Below are positions 37,592 to 47,488 of a stretch of 62,835 nt of DNA, in pieces. Position 1 is the stretch's first letter; each line of letters starts with the position of its first letter. The notes under the pieces were generated by a model. That model saw nothing but the letters and a program-made list of their open reading frames with translations. It did no database searches and was not told the origin of the DNA. The position numbers and the translations under genes are program-made. Source of the stretch: Candidatus Nealsonbacteria bacterium RIFCSPLOWO2_01_FULL_43_32 (GTDB lineage Bacteria; Patescibacteriota; Minisyncoccia; Minisyncoccales; MHMH01); the NCBI GenBank assembly GCA_001819335.1, contig MHMH01000021.1:1-62835 (forward strand), written 5' to 3'.

Positions 37592-38158
37592 TTAAGAAAC
37601 TCGGGAATCAATTAAACGACAAATAATATGGCCGATCAAAATATGAATTTCTTGAGTCCGGTCGCTTTCTTGAGACGGCACCACCAACGGAATATCAACT
37701 AAATTTTTCAGCAGGCCGCCGTCATTGCCTAGAAATCCGATAGTTTTCAATCCTTTAAATTTAGCGACTTCAACGGCTCTAATAATATTCTGTGAATTAC
37801 CGCTGGTGGAAATGGCGATTAAAATGTCGTCTTTGCCGCCCAGGGCCTCGATCTGTCTGGAGAACAATACATCATATCCATAATCATTGGCAACCGCTGT
37901 CATAATTGAGGTATCGGTGGTGAGAGCTATGGCCGGCAAGCCCCGGCGTTCTTTTTTAAAGCGTCCCACGAGTTCCGCGGCAATATGCTGGGCATCGGCG
38001 GCCGAGCCTCCATTCCCGCAAAGTAAAAGTTTTCTGCCTTGAGCATAAGCATTAATAATCAAATCGGCGACTTGAGCGATTTTAGGAACCAACTCATCTT
38101 TAACTGCTTGATGAAGCTCGATATTCTTATCGAATAGTAATTTAATAATATTTTCCAT
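37592..38158 (-). CDS. gmhA: Phosphoheptose isomerase
   Basis: CGNGGSAADAQHIAAELVGRF, TA.ANDYGY, ISTSGNS and QEIH..IGH. Confidence 0.96.
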   Translation of the reverse strand: MENIIKLLFDKNIELHQAVKDELVPKIAQVADLIINAYAQGRKLLLCGNGGSAADAQHIAAELVGRFKKERRGLPAIALTTDTSIMTAVANDYGYDVLFSRQIEALGGKDDILIAISTSGNSQNIIRAVEVAKFKGLKTIGFLGNDGGLLKNLVDIPLVVPSQESDRTQEIHILIGHIICRLIDSRVS

Positions 38159-38160
38159 GT

Positions 38161-38406
38161 TTACCACTTAGCAATGGCTCTTTTGGCTTTAGTTTTGATT
38201 TTCTTATAAACACTGTAAACCTTGTCTTCAACTTCCGGTGAAACCAATCTTAAAATTTCCGCGCCCCAGATGCGGTATTGGCCTCCTACTTTATAGGCGC
38301 GGAGAGTCCCTTTTTTCAAAAGCCGCTTGATCGTGCTTTCGGAGATCTTTAAAAAATCGCGGGCTTCTTCGGTCGTATAAATTTGCTTTGGTTCAATCTC
38401 CTCCAT
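38161..38406 (-). CDS. Small excisionase/BldC-like MerR-type helix-turn-helix DNA-binding protein (HTH_17); start probably 38406
   Basis: YTTEEARDFLKISESTIKRLLKKGTLRAYKVGGQYRI pattern; ATG lies 6 nt after a TATGAT -10 box. Confidence 0.88.
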   Translation of the reverse strand: MEEIEPKQIYTTEEARDFLKISESTIKRLLKKGTLRAYKVGGQYRIWGAEILRLVSPEVEDKVYSVYKKIKTKAKRAIAKW

Positions 38407-38412
38407 GTTCCC

Positions 38413-38460
38413 ATCATAAATCGACCAAGAACAGGTGTCAAGAGGTGTCAAAAGGTGTTA
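38413..38460 (-). promoter_or_regulatory. Promoter of the HTH-gmhA-rfaE unit, with three AGGTGTYA direct repeats at 10-bp period over the -35
   Basis: acaggtgtca-agaggtgtca-aaaggtgtta at 38431-38460; minus strand TTGACA-17 bp-TATGAT. Confidence 0.8.
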
Positions 38461-38471
38461 TTGCGCAAATC

Positions 38472-38501
38472 AAAAAGGACAAGCACAAAGCTTGTCCCTT
38501 T
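38472..38501 (-). terminator. Rho-independent terminator after hldD
   Basis: ggacaagc-acaaa-gcttgtcc stem with a T run on the minus strand. Confidence 0.8.
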
Positions 38502-38510
38502 CTTATAAGT

Positions 38511-39305
38511 CTAGCGAAGGCAATGATGGGTTAAATAATCCTTAATCCCCTCTTCTAAGGAATAATCCGGCTTAAAGCCCCAGCCCAATTTGGCTTTGGT
38601 AAATCTTTGATATCTGCCCTTATAGGGATTGGAAATATAAACAGGCTCTTTTTTAGTTCCGAGATTCTTTTGAACGTTATTCAAAACGTCGTCAAAGGTC
38701 CGGGGCTTGCCCGTACCCGCGTCATAAATGCCGTTTTTGGCCTTTATGGCGGTCTGCAGTGCTTTAATGATGTCTTTAACGTAGACGAAGTCTCTTTTGC
38801 TCTGGCGCTCTTCTTTAAAGACCACCGGCCTTTTGCCGGCTTTAATCTGCAAAGCCCAATTGGTCACCATGCTGGCCATGCGGCCTTTTTGTTTTTCTCT
38901 GGGACCATAAACGTTAAAGAATCTCAAACCGACAATCGGGAGCCTGTTGAAGAAAAACTTAGCAATCTCGTCAACTAACTCTTTGGAGTTGGCATAAGCG
39001 GTTTTCTGATAATCACCATAAATGGCGGCGCTGGAAGCATAAATGAGTTTGGACTTGCCTTTGAGGGCGAAATCCAAAACATTAAGAAACCCCGCGATAT
39101 TGTTTCGATACATATCAACATCATCAGGATAACGGGTGTTGGTATTAGCCGCTAAATGATAAATGACGTCAAAATCGTTTTTCAGCTTAATTTTTTGGCA
39201 AACATCCTTATCGTAAACCAACACCTTGTTTTTAGAATTTTTCCTTAATTCTTCGACTAAATTCAAGCCGACGAACCCCTTGCCTCCGGTAACAAAAAAT
39301 TTCAT
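38511..39305 (-). CDS. hldD: ADP-L-glycero-D-manno-heptose 6-epimerase-like protein (compact)
   Basis: TGGKGFVG, YASSAAIYG, YANSK, LRFFNVYGPRE..KGRMASMV, RDFVYVKD and YQ.FTKA. Confidence 0.8.
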   Translation of the reverse strand: MKFFVTGGKGFVGLNLVEELRKNSKNKVLVYDKDVCQKIKLKNDFDVIYHLAANTNTRYPDDVDMYRNNIAGFLNVLDFALKGKSKLIYASSAAIYGDYQKTAYANSKELVDEIAKFFFNRLPIVGLRFFNVYGPREKQKGRMASMVTNWALQIKAGKRPVVFKEERQSKRDFVYVKDIIKALQTAIKAKNGIYDAGTGKPRTFDDVLNNVQKNLGTKKEPVYISNPYKGRYQRFTKAKLGWGFKPDYSLEEGIKDYLTHHCLR

Positions 39306-39326
39306 AACAAATATTTTAAACTAATA

Positions 39327-40496
39327 TTAAATATTTTTTAATTTTTCCTCGCTGATTAATTTTATGACCGAGTCAAAAACTTCTTCGGGGGTAATTTCTT
39401 TCAAGCACTTGAGGTGCCCCTCCTTGCAGGTTCGCGCAGGAAAAGGCGTAAATGAGCACGGGAAGCAATAAATATTTTTCTGAATTACCTTGTAGGGACT
39501 ATTAAGGGGGTGCTGTTCTCGCATATCAACGGAACCGGCAATCACCACCGAAGGCACTCCTGCGGCATCGGCCACATACAAAGAGCCGCAATCCACGCTG
39601 ATAAATAATTTCAAATTTCTCATGAAAGCTGCGAGCTCATACAGCTTGAAAGCCCCAGCAGCGTTGACACTGTTATTTTTCATCATTTTTTGAATTTTTT
39701 CAATAATAGGCTGGTCGTCTGAAGAACCCACGAAAATCACCCTGGCTTTTATTTTCTCTATTAATTGGTCAGCTAAAGCAGCGAATTTATCGGATGCCCA
39801 CTCTTTGAACTTAATGCCAGCGGTGGCACCGATGCCGATTAAAAAATCCTCGGCGGTTATATTATTCTTTTTCAAAAAATTTGAAGCCTTTTTTTCTTCT
39901 TCTGGCCGAATAAAAATTTCCGTTTTTGGCGAAAATTCTGCTATCCCGATTAATTCCAATAAATTGGCGTAATGCTTTTCAAGGGAAGTATGCCTTTTGT
40001 ACTCCAATCTATGGTTATTAAAAAAAGAAAGCAGCCAGATAATTTCTCCCGAATATTTATAAAGAGTCGCTACTCTGTCGGGAATCAGGGCCCAAAAAGA
40101 AATTATATTATGAAAGGAACCGGGTATAAAATTAAAAGCCCAGTCGTATTTCTCTTTTCTCAACTTACTAAACAATCTAAATTTACTCCCTATTGTTTTA
40201 TAATCATTGATTGATATTATCTCGTCCAAATGCGGGTTATTTATTAGAATATCCCTGCTCTTGGAAATAACGATCGCGGCAACCCAAGACGAGGGAAATT
40301 TCTTTTTAATTTCTCTGAAAACAGGCGTGGCGCAAACCAGGTCCCCGATCTTGCCGCCATGGATAATCAGAATCTTTGTTTTATGATTTTTTCCCTTCCT
40401 TAAAAAAATCCGGAAATACAAATAAGGAGCTGATAAATAAGTGGCGAAAATCCAAAAGAAATTATTAAAATAGGCTGAAATTTTCATCGACATCAA
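39327..40496 (-). CDS. Glycosyltransferase family 9 (heptosyltransferase-like)
   Basis: GKIGDLVCATP, NNPHLDE, KEW..DKFA.L, FISVDCGSLYVA and C.PC...C...CL. Confidence 0.9.
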   Translation of the reverse strand: MMSMKISAYFNNFFWIFATYLSAPYLYFRIFLRKGKNHKTKILIIHGGKIGDLVCATPVFREIKKKFPSSWVAAIVISKSRDILINNPHLDEIISINDYKTIGSKFRLFSKLRKEKYDWAFNFIPGSFHNIISFWALIPDRVATLYKYSGEIIWLLSFFNNHRLEYKRHTSLEKHYANLLELIGIAEFSPKTEIFIRPEEEKKASNFLKKNNITAEDFLIGIGATAGIKFKEWASDKFAALADQLIEKIKARVIFVGSSDDQPIIEKIQKMMKNNSVNAAGAFKLYELAAFMRNLKLFISVDCGSLYVADAAGVPSVVIAGSVDMREQHPLNSPYKVIQKNIYCFPCSFTPFPARTCKEGHLKCLKEITPEEVFDSVIKLISEEKLKNI

Positions 40497-41836
40497 ATTA
40501 AGCGGCTGATGATTTTTTGGTAAAATCTCGGGTTAAAAAAATAAAATCTGCCGAACTGACTTCTAAATTTAAAATGCCTTAAATAAAATCTGGCCCAAAA
40601 AGGAGAAAGCTCGGTTTCCACCCTGCCGGCATAATCTTCAATATTTCCCCAGGTAAATTTTTGGTTTTTTTGCAATTTTTCAAACAATTCGGTGCCGAAA
40701 TATGGAATGGCTAAATTAAAATTTATAGCCTGAATTTTATTCTTCTCGAAGAGCCCTACGGTTTCTTTAATTGTGGCCCTGTTCTCTCCGGGAAGATTCA
40801 AAAGGCCGTAAGCACCGAGATGAACCTGATTCTCCCGGAGAATTTTTGCCACCCTCTCCAAGTCTTGAACGTTAATTCCTTTTTTGGCTTGATTTAATAT
40901 CTTTTGAGAACCCGATTCAAGACCGATATTGATTCGGCGACAACCGGCTTTCTTCATAATCCCGACCAGCTCTTCTTCAATGTCGTTAAGCCGGGCATTG
41001 CATCCCCATTTAAACTTTAAGTTATTCTCTAAAATTAACTCGCAAATTTTTCTAACCCTTTCCTTATCAATCAAAAATTCCCAATCCTGGAAAAAAATGG
41101 ATTCAATCCCAAATTTATCAATTAAGTATTTTATTTCTTGAATAACGTTTTCCGGACTCCTTGCGATATATTTACCCGGCATCATTATTTTCAGACAAAA
41201 AATGCAGCTGAAAGGACACCCCCGGGAAGTAAGCATAATACTGAAGGGTTGGGGTAAGTCTGGTTGGGTATACGAATATTTTTCCATGGGCAATAAATCA
41301 TACGCCGGGAAGGGCAAAGAATCTAAATTCTCAATTCTAGGAGCTGGAGCATTATGAAAAATCTCATTATTTTCACGAAAAGATATGCCTGAAATTTTTC
41401 TTAAATCTCTGTTATTTTGAATGGCCTCAATTAAATTCGTCGTAGTCAATTCCGACTCTCCCCTGACAATGAATTTAACTTGGCATTTTTCAAACACCCA
41501 ATCTGGCGTAGCGCTCCCGTGAGAGCCGATTAAAATAGTATTTTCGACTTGGGCCCTATCAATGATTTTAAAGACGGAGTCGATGTGAGAATTTGGGCAT
41601 TCCCATCTATCTACCGGACTGGAGGTTAAAATTAAAATATCGGGACCGGCTTCCTTTATTTTCTTCACCGTCTCATCCGCATCGTAATCTAAAACGTTGG
41701 CATCTAAAAAAATAATCTCGTGTTTATCTCTCAAGAGGCTGGCGATGTAAGCCAAGCTTAAGGGCTGTCTTTTTCTAACTCTCATAAGAGACTTCTTTTT
41801 TCCGTAAATAGGAGGATTTAAAATAAAAATTTTCAT
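40493..41836 (-). CDS. B12-binding-domain radical SAM protein
   Basis: KIFILNPP, PLSLAYIAS, RGESE, TSRGCPFSCIFC and GLESGS. Confidence 0.93.
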   Translation of the reverse strand: MKIFILNPPIYGKKKSLMRVRKRQPLSLAYIASLLRDKHEIIFLDANVLDYDADETVKKIKEAGPDILILTSSPVDRWECPNSHIDSVFKIIDRAQVENTILIGSHGSATPDWVFEKCQVKFIVRGESELTTTNLIEAIQNNRDLRKISGISFRENNEIFHNAPAPRIENLDSLPFPAYDLLPMEKYSYTQPDLPQPFSIMLTSRGCPFSCIFCLKIMMPGKYIARSPENVIQEIKYLIDKFGIESIFFQDWEFLIDKERVRKICELILENNLKFKWGCNARLNDIEEELVGIMKKAGCRRINIGLESGSQKILNQAKKGINVQDLERVAKILRENQVHLGAYGLLNLPGENRATIKETVGLFEKNKIQAINFNLAIPYFGTELFEKLQKNQKFTWGNIEDYAGRVETELSPFWARFYLRHFKFRSQFGRFYFFNPRFYQKIISRLI

Positions 41837-41840
41837 ATAT

Positions 41841-43865
41841 TTAGCGGGGTTCGGCCTCCTGACTCACCTCATAAATTCTGGCAAACTGATTCCCCTCGCC
41901 CGCTGCCAATTTAAGTGTCAGGTCATTATTAGCCAAACATTTTTCTTCCAAGCCTTTGGGCCAATACTCGTTAGTATATAAATAACGGTAGTTTAAAGCT
42001 TTTAAGCCATCAGCCGAGCATTCTTTCAAAACCTTTTCATACCAAACTGTTTCAGGGATACGTTCTTCTATGCCGCGATGAAGCTTAGGGAACTGCTCGC
42101 CTATGTCATAAAAAAAGCCGGGAGCAAACCTGCCGGTATAAATGGTAAATCTTGAATTGTGCCAAAGGACTAATTCCCCTCCAAAAGTTAAAAAATGATC
42201 TTTGATGGCAGTATTCCTTTTAATCCAAGCAAACGCTTCGAATTCTACCGGATTTAGCTCAACTGGCTCCTCTAAAAGAGGATGGCCTGTTTCCAATTGA
42301 GGAAAAACCGGGGAAGCGACCAAATAGAATAATCCCTGGAAGATGACGCCTGAAATCAAAATAATTATCAATAATCTTTGCCATTTTTTCTGAAAAAACA
42401 AAAGTAACCATCCCAAAAATAAGCCGAAAATCAAATTCCAAAAAAGTGAAGTCAAAAAGTGAAGGCGCATAAAATCGCCCTGTGAAGAAGCGCCAGCCGT
42501 CACCACCAGCGGAAGGAAAAAAGAAACCAAGACAAGCAATATCAAAAATAAACCCAGTTGAAAGTATTTTTTAAGAACATAAAAAGCCGCCGGGATAATA
42601 AAAATTATCAACCATCCCCATCCCAAAAAAACGGTTGAGCTGAAAATCGGAATAAAAACATTTTCTTCAACAAATATTAATCCCCCAAAAAGATATTGCG
42701 GGGTAATTGAAAGGGAACGTTCCATGGGTAGAACGTCGCCCAAAAAAGCTTGTTTGATACTTTGGGTTAAAACTCCGCCCTGAAAAACGGCTACGGTAAT
42801 CCCCAAAAATAATATTAAAAAAGAAATCTTTAAGCAGAATTTACCTTTTTCCCAATCTTTTTTTAAAATTGTGAAAATCAACGGGTAAATCAAAAAAACT
42901 GCACATAAAACTCCGAAAAATATTTCCGCGCTTAAGGCTAAAAAAGAAAATAGGATAGCGGCCAGGCAAGAGATTTTAAACCAATTCTTTTCATCATTGA
43001 TCGCCCTAAAATATAAATAGCTAACCGCGATGGTTAAGGCAAAGCCGAGCATTACCCAAGCAAGTTGAAAAAGAGGGATAACGAGAACGCCGCGCATAAC
43101 CCCGCCAAATATCATATCGTTCAAAAATTTAAATGGCGCTTCAACCGGCAGCTGAAGAATATATTTTTGGTATAAAGAAGATATCCCTCCTGCCCCGTAA
43201 AGGAAATTTAAATTACCCCCGAAAATCATTATCAAAGAAGCAAGATAGGCTTTAAAATCATTTTTACAAAAATCCCTTATCAGCAGAAAACCCAGCAAAA
43301 ATACGAGTCCGATAAAAATGGCGTTCTGAAAATCGTAGCTGAACCAAACCGGCAAATCGGTAATTTTAGAGACAGCCGCTAAAAATAGCACGTAACCGTA
43401 GTGATATTGGGAGAGAAAATTAGGCGCAGATACTTCTTTCACCGGGAAATTTCCTTCAGCAACTGTAGCGGCCAGAGGAAGAGGAGAACCCATTTCGTCT
43501 GATGAGATATATCGCATTCCGGCTATTCCGACAAAAACCATAATCAAAAGGGCGGTGCCGAACAAAATTATTCTCCATTTTTTCTCAATCCCCCATGCTG
43601 TTTTTCCCTTCCCACCGTTTACGCGGAAAAGAAACCAGCTCAAAAATATAAAAATAACGCACAGCAAATAAAAATTAATCCTGATGTCAATGAAATAGGA
43701 AAAGGCGTTGAGAAAGAAAAGATAAATACTGTAGCCCAAGATGGCTGCCAGGGGGATCAGGGCTTCAATTCTTTTTTCATTAAGGATGAATCTCGCTGAT
43801 TGCCAACCGAAAGCGAATAATATTGAACAAAATACGAATAATTTTAAGAGAATGAAAGCTATCAT
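41841..43865 (-). CDS. Polytopic membrane protein, possibly a GT-C-fold glycosyltransferase
   Basis: More than 12 hydrophobic helices, loop with GNFP...QYHYG, soluble C-terminal domain (AFAWIKRNT...TGR); family assignment is inference. Confidence 0.5.
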   Translation of the reverse strand: MIAFILLKLFVFCSILFAFGWQSARFILNEKRIEALIPLAAILGYSIYLFFLNAFSYFIDIRINFYLLCVIFIFLSWFLFRVNGGKGKTAWGIEKKWRIILFGTALLIMVFVGIAGMRYISSDEMGSPLPLAATVAEGNFPVKEVSAPNFLSQYHYGYVLFLAAVSKITDLPVWFSYDFQNAIFIGLVFLLGFLLIRDFCKNDFKAYLASLIMIFGGNLNFLYGAGGISSLYQKYILQLPVEAPFKFLNDMIFGGVMRGVLVIPLFQLAWVMLGFALTIAVSYLYFRAINDEKNWFKISCLAAILFSFLALSAEIFFGVLCAVFLIYPLIFTILKKDWEKGKFCLKISFLILFLGITVAVFQGGVLTQSIKQAFLGDVLPMERSLSITPQYLFGGLIFVEENVFIPIFSSTVFLGWGWLIIFIIPAAFYVLKKYFQLGLFLILLVLVSFFLPLVVTAGASSQGDFMRLHFLTSLFWNLIFGLFLGWLLLFFQKKWQRLLIIILISGVIFQGLFYLVASPVFPQLETGHPLLEEPVELNPVEFEAFAWIKRNTAIKDHFLTFGGELVLWHNSRFTIYTGRFAPGFFYDIGEQFPKLHRGIEERIPETVWYEKVLKECSADGLKALNYRYLYTNEYWPKGLEEKCLANNDLTLKLAAGEGNQFARIYEVSQEAEPR

Positions 43866-45169
43866 TTAATGGCTATGGCTTTCTTAAAACTGGTCACAAA
43901 ATTAACTGCCTGAGAGAGATTATCAAAAAGATAATCCGGCTTAGCGTCACCATCCTGGCAACCTCGGCCGGTCTTTACTCCGATCGTCGTCATGCCGGCA
44001 TTCCGGCCGCACAAAATATCCCTGAAAGAATCGCCGATGAAATAAGAATGTTTTAGATCAATATTGAAGTCTCTTTTCGCTTTTTTCACCAGGCCGATTT
44101 TCGGTTTACGGCACGAACACTTAATTTTATATTTCTGATTCTCTCCTTTATAACCCTTGTCGGGGTGATGCGGACAGAAATAAATGCCGTCAAGTTTCGC
44201 CCCTTTTTCGCCCAAGATGGTTTCCATCTTGCACTGGATTGCGGCAATATCATCTATCGAACGAAATCCCTTGGCCACGGCCGGCTGATTGGTAATAACA
44301 ATGGCTAAAAATTCAGACTCATTTATTTTTTTAATGGCAGCGGCGCTCCAGGGAAAAAGCTTAAAGCTACCCGGACGAAAAATTTCATAAGAAGCTTGAC
44401 TGATCGTGCCATCACGGTCAAAAAAAATAGCTCTTCTTTTATTTTCCCTGTTAAGCCGACTGATTTTGCCTTTTTGATAATCTTTCTGGACTTGAATTAA
44501 TCTGGCCGAAGTGCCGATATCCTTAATATATTCGGCGGTCAGATAACCGTACATTTTTTCTTTTCGGACAATTTTGGGGAAAATGTCTTTACCGAAATCT
44601 GCTTTTACCCCTCGCTTAATATGCCGTAAAATCTTGGGCGACATAATATAGATGGCGGCGTTGACCAAATTCCTGAAATATTGATTAGAGGGATGGGGTT
44701 TGGGATGGAAAGCAATAATTTTCTGGTCTTTATCAATTTCCACCAAATCACTGTCTTCTAAATGCGAAGTCGGGTGTGATACTAGCGTGCAAGCGCTTTT
44801 TTTGTTTTTATGAAAAGCAATAACTCTTGTAAGATCTATGTCTAACATCTTATCTCCGTAGATAACCAGAAAATCGTCTTTTAGTTTATTGGCTATTTCT
44901 TTGATGCCGCCGGTGGTTCCCAAAGGCTCTTTTTCTTTGAAATAACTAATTTTCATTCCCCAATCTCGTCCGTCTTTGAAATATTTTTCAATAACCTCCG
45001 AAAGATAGTGGGTTAAAATAATAACCTCCTTGAGGCCGTATCTTTTTAATAGATTAATCTGATGTTCCAAAACGGGCAAACCGCCAATTTTTAACATTGG
45101 CTTGGGGGTGTTTAGGGTTTTTTTTCCCATTCTTTCCCCGCGGCCGCCGGCCAAAATAATCGCTTTCAT
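43862..45169 (-). CDS. Sugar-1-phosphate nucleotidyltransferase (HddC/GDP-type) fused to GmhB-type phosphatase
   Basis: ILAGGRGERM...PKPML, EPLGTTG and DIGT, then FFDRDGTI, TNQPAVAKG, CPHHP...CSCRKP and IGDSFRD. Confidence 0.92.
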   Translation of the reverse strand: MKAIILAGGRGERMGKKTLNTPKPMLKIGGLPVLEHQINLLKRYGLKEVIILTHYLSEVIEKYFKDGRDWGMKISYFKEKEPLGTTGGIKEIANKLKDDFLVIYGDKMLDIDLTRVIAFHKNKKSACTLVSHPTSHLEDSDLVEIDKDQKIIAFHPKPHPSNQYFRNLVNAAIYIMSPKILRHIKRGVKADFGKDIFPKIVRKEKMYGYLTAEYIKDIGTSARLIQVQKDYQKGKISRLNRENKRRAIFFDRDGTISQASYEIFRPGSFKLFPWSAAAIKKINESEFLAIVITNQPAVAKGFRSIDDIAAIQCKMETILGEKGAKLDGIYFCPHHPDKGYKGENQKYKIKCSCRKPKIGLVKKAKRDFNIDLKHSYFIGDSFRDILCGRNAGMTTIGVKTGRGCQDGDAKPDYLFDNLSQAVNFVTSFKKAIAIK

Positions 45170-45170
45170 A

Positions 45171-46496
45171 CTAAAGTTTATATTCTTGGTTTCGGGCGTC
45201 GTCGTAAAACATTTTAACAGTTTCCAGCGAATAATCCTTTAAGTCTTTTCCGATTCTGTCCAGTTTTTTTAAGAAACCGGGCAGAACGGTAATAATGTCG
45301 CAATTCGCTTCTTCGGCCTGAAAAATATCAAAGACTTGGCGGGGACTCGCCCATAAAAGTTCTAAATTCTTAAAACCGCGGAGAAATTCTTTAGCCTCTT
45401 TCATAATAGGCACCGGATCTCTGCCGGTATCAGCGATCCTGCCAGCAAAAACCGAAACAATACCCGGGGCGGCTGAAGAAAAAGCGGGGGCAATATGTTT
45501 TACCTGATCCAGATCTAGGATAGCTGTAACGTTTATTTTTATTCCTTGGCTGGAAAGTTCCTTGATCAACTCGAAAGACGATTCGGCTTTAGTGTTTGTG
45601 ATGGGGATTTTGACATAAATATTTTCTCCCAGCCTGTTGATTATTTTAGCTTGCCTCGCCATTTCCGGGAAATCGTCGGAAAAAACTTCAAGAGAAACCG
45701 GTTTATCTTTGATAGCCGCCAGTATTTCTTTGGCGAAGGCTTGATAGTCAATCACTCCAGCCTCTTTCATTAATGAGGGGTTGGTCGTAAAGCCCTTAAC
45801 TAAGGGATTCTGATTAAATTCCAACATAGTTTGCTTATCGGCTCCGTCAGCAAAAATTTTAACCTTTAATTCTCCTATTTTTTTTACCATATTTATTTCT
45901 GATATTTTTTTTCTTAACGCCAAACAAACTAAATGACTTAAGGTAGGGTGAAGGGATTCCACCAGGGGCGTTCCGAAGGGCTCGGAATTAATCGGGACAG
46001 TAATACAAACGTCGCTCATCTCTTTCATTTTACCTCCCTCAAAACCGCTAAAACCGATCACCTTGGCTCCTTTTTCTTTGGCGAAGGCCATCGCTTGGAC
46101 CAGGTTTTGCGACCATGGACCCGCTTCACCTGCTCCCGAGCCTCCATGAACCGAAAAACCGATCAAAACATCTCCTTGACCCAGCCAGTTTTGCAACTGA
46201 CCCTTAAACACGCTGCCCCAGCCGCTGTCATTAGTCCAAGCAGAAACCAAGGGGATGTTGTCAACCAACGAGATGGTTTTTAACCCCTTTTTACCGGGCA
46301 CAATCGTGGATTTGGCCAAATCGCAAGCAAGGTGGGTGGCGGTTGAAGCAGAACCACCACAACCCATAATATAAACAATTCGTTCGTTTTTCCACGCCGT
46401 AAAAAGAAGCTCAACAATTTCGTTGATTTTCTCTTTATCAATCTCTTTGATAATTCTCTCTAGTTCGGAGAAGTAATTTTTTATAACCTCATCCAT
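45171..46496 (-). CDS. SIS (GmhA-like) isomerase fused to a transaldolase
   Basis: GCGGSASTATHLACD and SAWTND, then FADGAD, GFTTNPSLM, SLEV, YVKIP (Schiff-base Lys), NVTA, SVFAGR and WASPR. Confidence 0.92.
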   Translation of the reverse strand: MDEVIKNYFSELERIIKEIDKEKINEIVELLFTAWKNERIVYIMGCGGSASTATHLACDLAKSTIVPGKKGLKTISLVDNIPLVSAWTNDSGWGSVFKGQLQNWLGQGDVLIGFSVHGGSGAGEAGPWSQNLVQAMAFAKEKGAKVIGFSGFEGGKMKEMSDVCITVPINSEPFGTPLVESLHPTLSHLVCLALRKKISEINMVKKIGELKVKIFADGADKQTMLEFNQNPLVKGFTTNPSLMKEAGVIDYQAFAKEILAAIKDKPVSLEVFSDDFPEMARQAKIINRLGENIYVKIPITNTKAESSFELIKELSSQGIKINVTAILDLDQVKHIAPAFSSAAPGIVSVFAGRIADTGRDPVPIMKEAKEFLRGFKNLELLWASPRQVFDIFQAEEANCDIITVLPGFLKKLDRIGKDLKDYSLETVKMFYDDARNQEYKL

Positions 46497-46516
46497 AATA
46501 TATTACAATACAACAT

Positions 46517-47488
46517 TTAAATAAAATTGGCAATAACCTTTATGCCGTCAAAATCGAAACGAAAATACTCTCCTCTTAGCCCTTCGGCCGCCATCGCCTT
46601 TTTTAAATCCTCCTTTTTATCTTCACAATAAAAAACAAAGAAGCCTCCGCCGCCAGCCCCCATCAATTTGCCACCCATGGCCCCAGCCTTTTTGGCTATT
46701 TCATACCAGCGATTAATTTGGGAATTTGAGGTGCCGTCCCTTTCCATTTTTTTCTGCCAATGAAGGTCTAATAATTTCCCGAATTCCGAAAAATTATTTT
46801 GGGCTAAAGCTATTTTGATATCCTGGCCTATTTTCCTGACCTGATGGAGATTATCAATGGCTTGAGCTTGAGTTTTTAATACTGGACCGGACTCCCTTCT
46901 GATGCCGGTATAAAACATTAAAAGATTGTTCTCTAATTTTCTGACGATTTCCGGAGAAAAGATTTGGGGATAGAGCGGTGTTACCGCCACCTCACCGTTT
47001 TTATTTGCCGAAAAAGAGGTAATACCGCCAAAAGCCGCGATATATTCGTCTTGTTTGCCCGACGGTTCTTTAAGTAAATTCATGGCGATGTGGCAGGCCT
47101 GTTCAGCGATTTGTTTTCGGGGTGGAATATCGTTGCTCAAAAAAGCGTGCAGGGCTGTAAGCAGGGCGACCGTAAAGCTTCCCGACGTGCCCAAACCGGT
47201 ATTTGAAGGAACATCGGCAATGGAAACAATCTCGATGCCTCCTTTTATCCCCAATAATTTAAGAGCTTCTCTAACGATAGGGTGTTGGACCTGCTCGGGG
47301 CTTGCTACCTCTTCGGTTTTGGAATAACTTATTCTTAAAGAATCATCGAACCTTTTATTGACGATGATGTAAATATATTTATTAATTGCGGCCGAAATCC
47401 ATTCTCCGCCGAACTGAGAGTAATAAGAGGGCAGGTCGGTACCCCCTCCGCCGATCGGTATTCTTAGTGGCGCTCGAACAATAATCAT
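46517..47488 (-). CDS. GHMP-family sugar-phosphate kinase (HddA/LmbP-like)
   Basis: RAPLRI..GGGGTDLP, P..TGLGTSGS, GKQD and GGKLMGAGGGGF. Confidence 0.93.
   Translation of the reverse strand: MIIVRAPLRIPIGGGGTDLPSYYSQFGGEWISAAINKYIYIIVNKRFDDSLRISYSKTEEVASPEQVQHPIVREALKLLGIKGGIEIVSIADVPSNTGLGTSGSFTVALLTALHAFLSNDIPPRKQIAEQACHIAMNLLKEPSGKQDEYIAAFGGITSFSANKNGEVAVTPLYPQIFSPEIVRKLENNLLMFYTGIRRESGPVLKTQAQAIDNLHQVRKIGQDIKIALAQNNFSEFGKLLDLHWQKKMERDGTSNSQINRWYEIAKKAGAMGGKLMGAGGGGFFVFYCEDKKEDLKKAMAAEGLRGEYFRFDFDGIKVIANFI

Noticed and set aside
38161..38406. Prophage or integrative element marked by an excisionase
   Set aside because: No integrase, att-like site or phage gene nearby; the gene heads the heptose operon and looks like a regulator.
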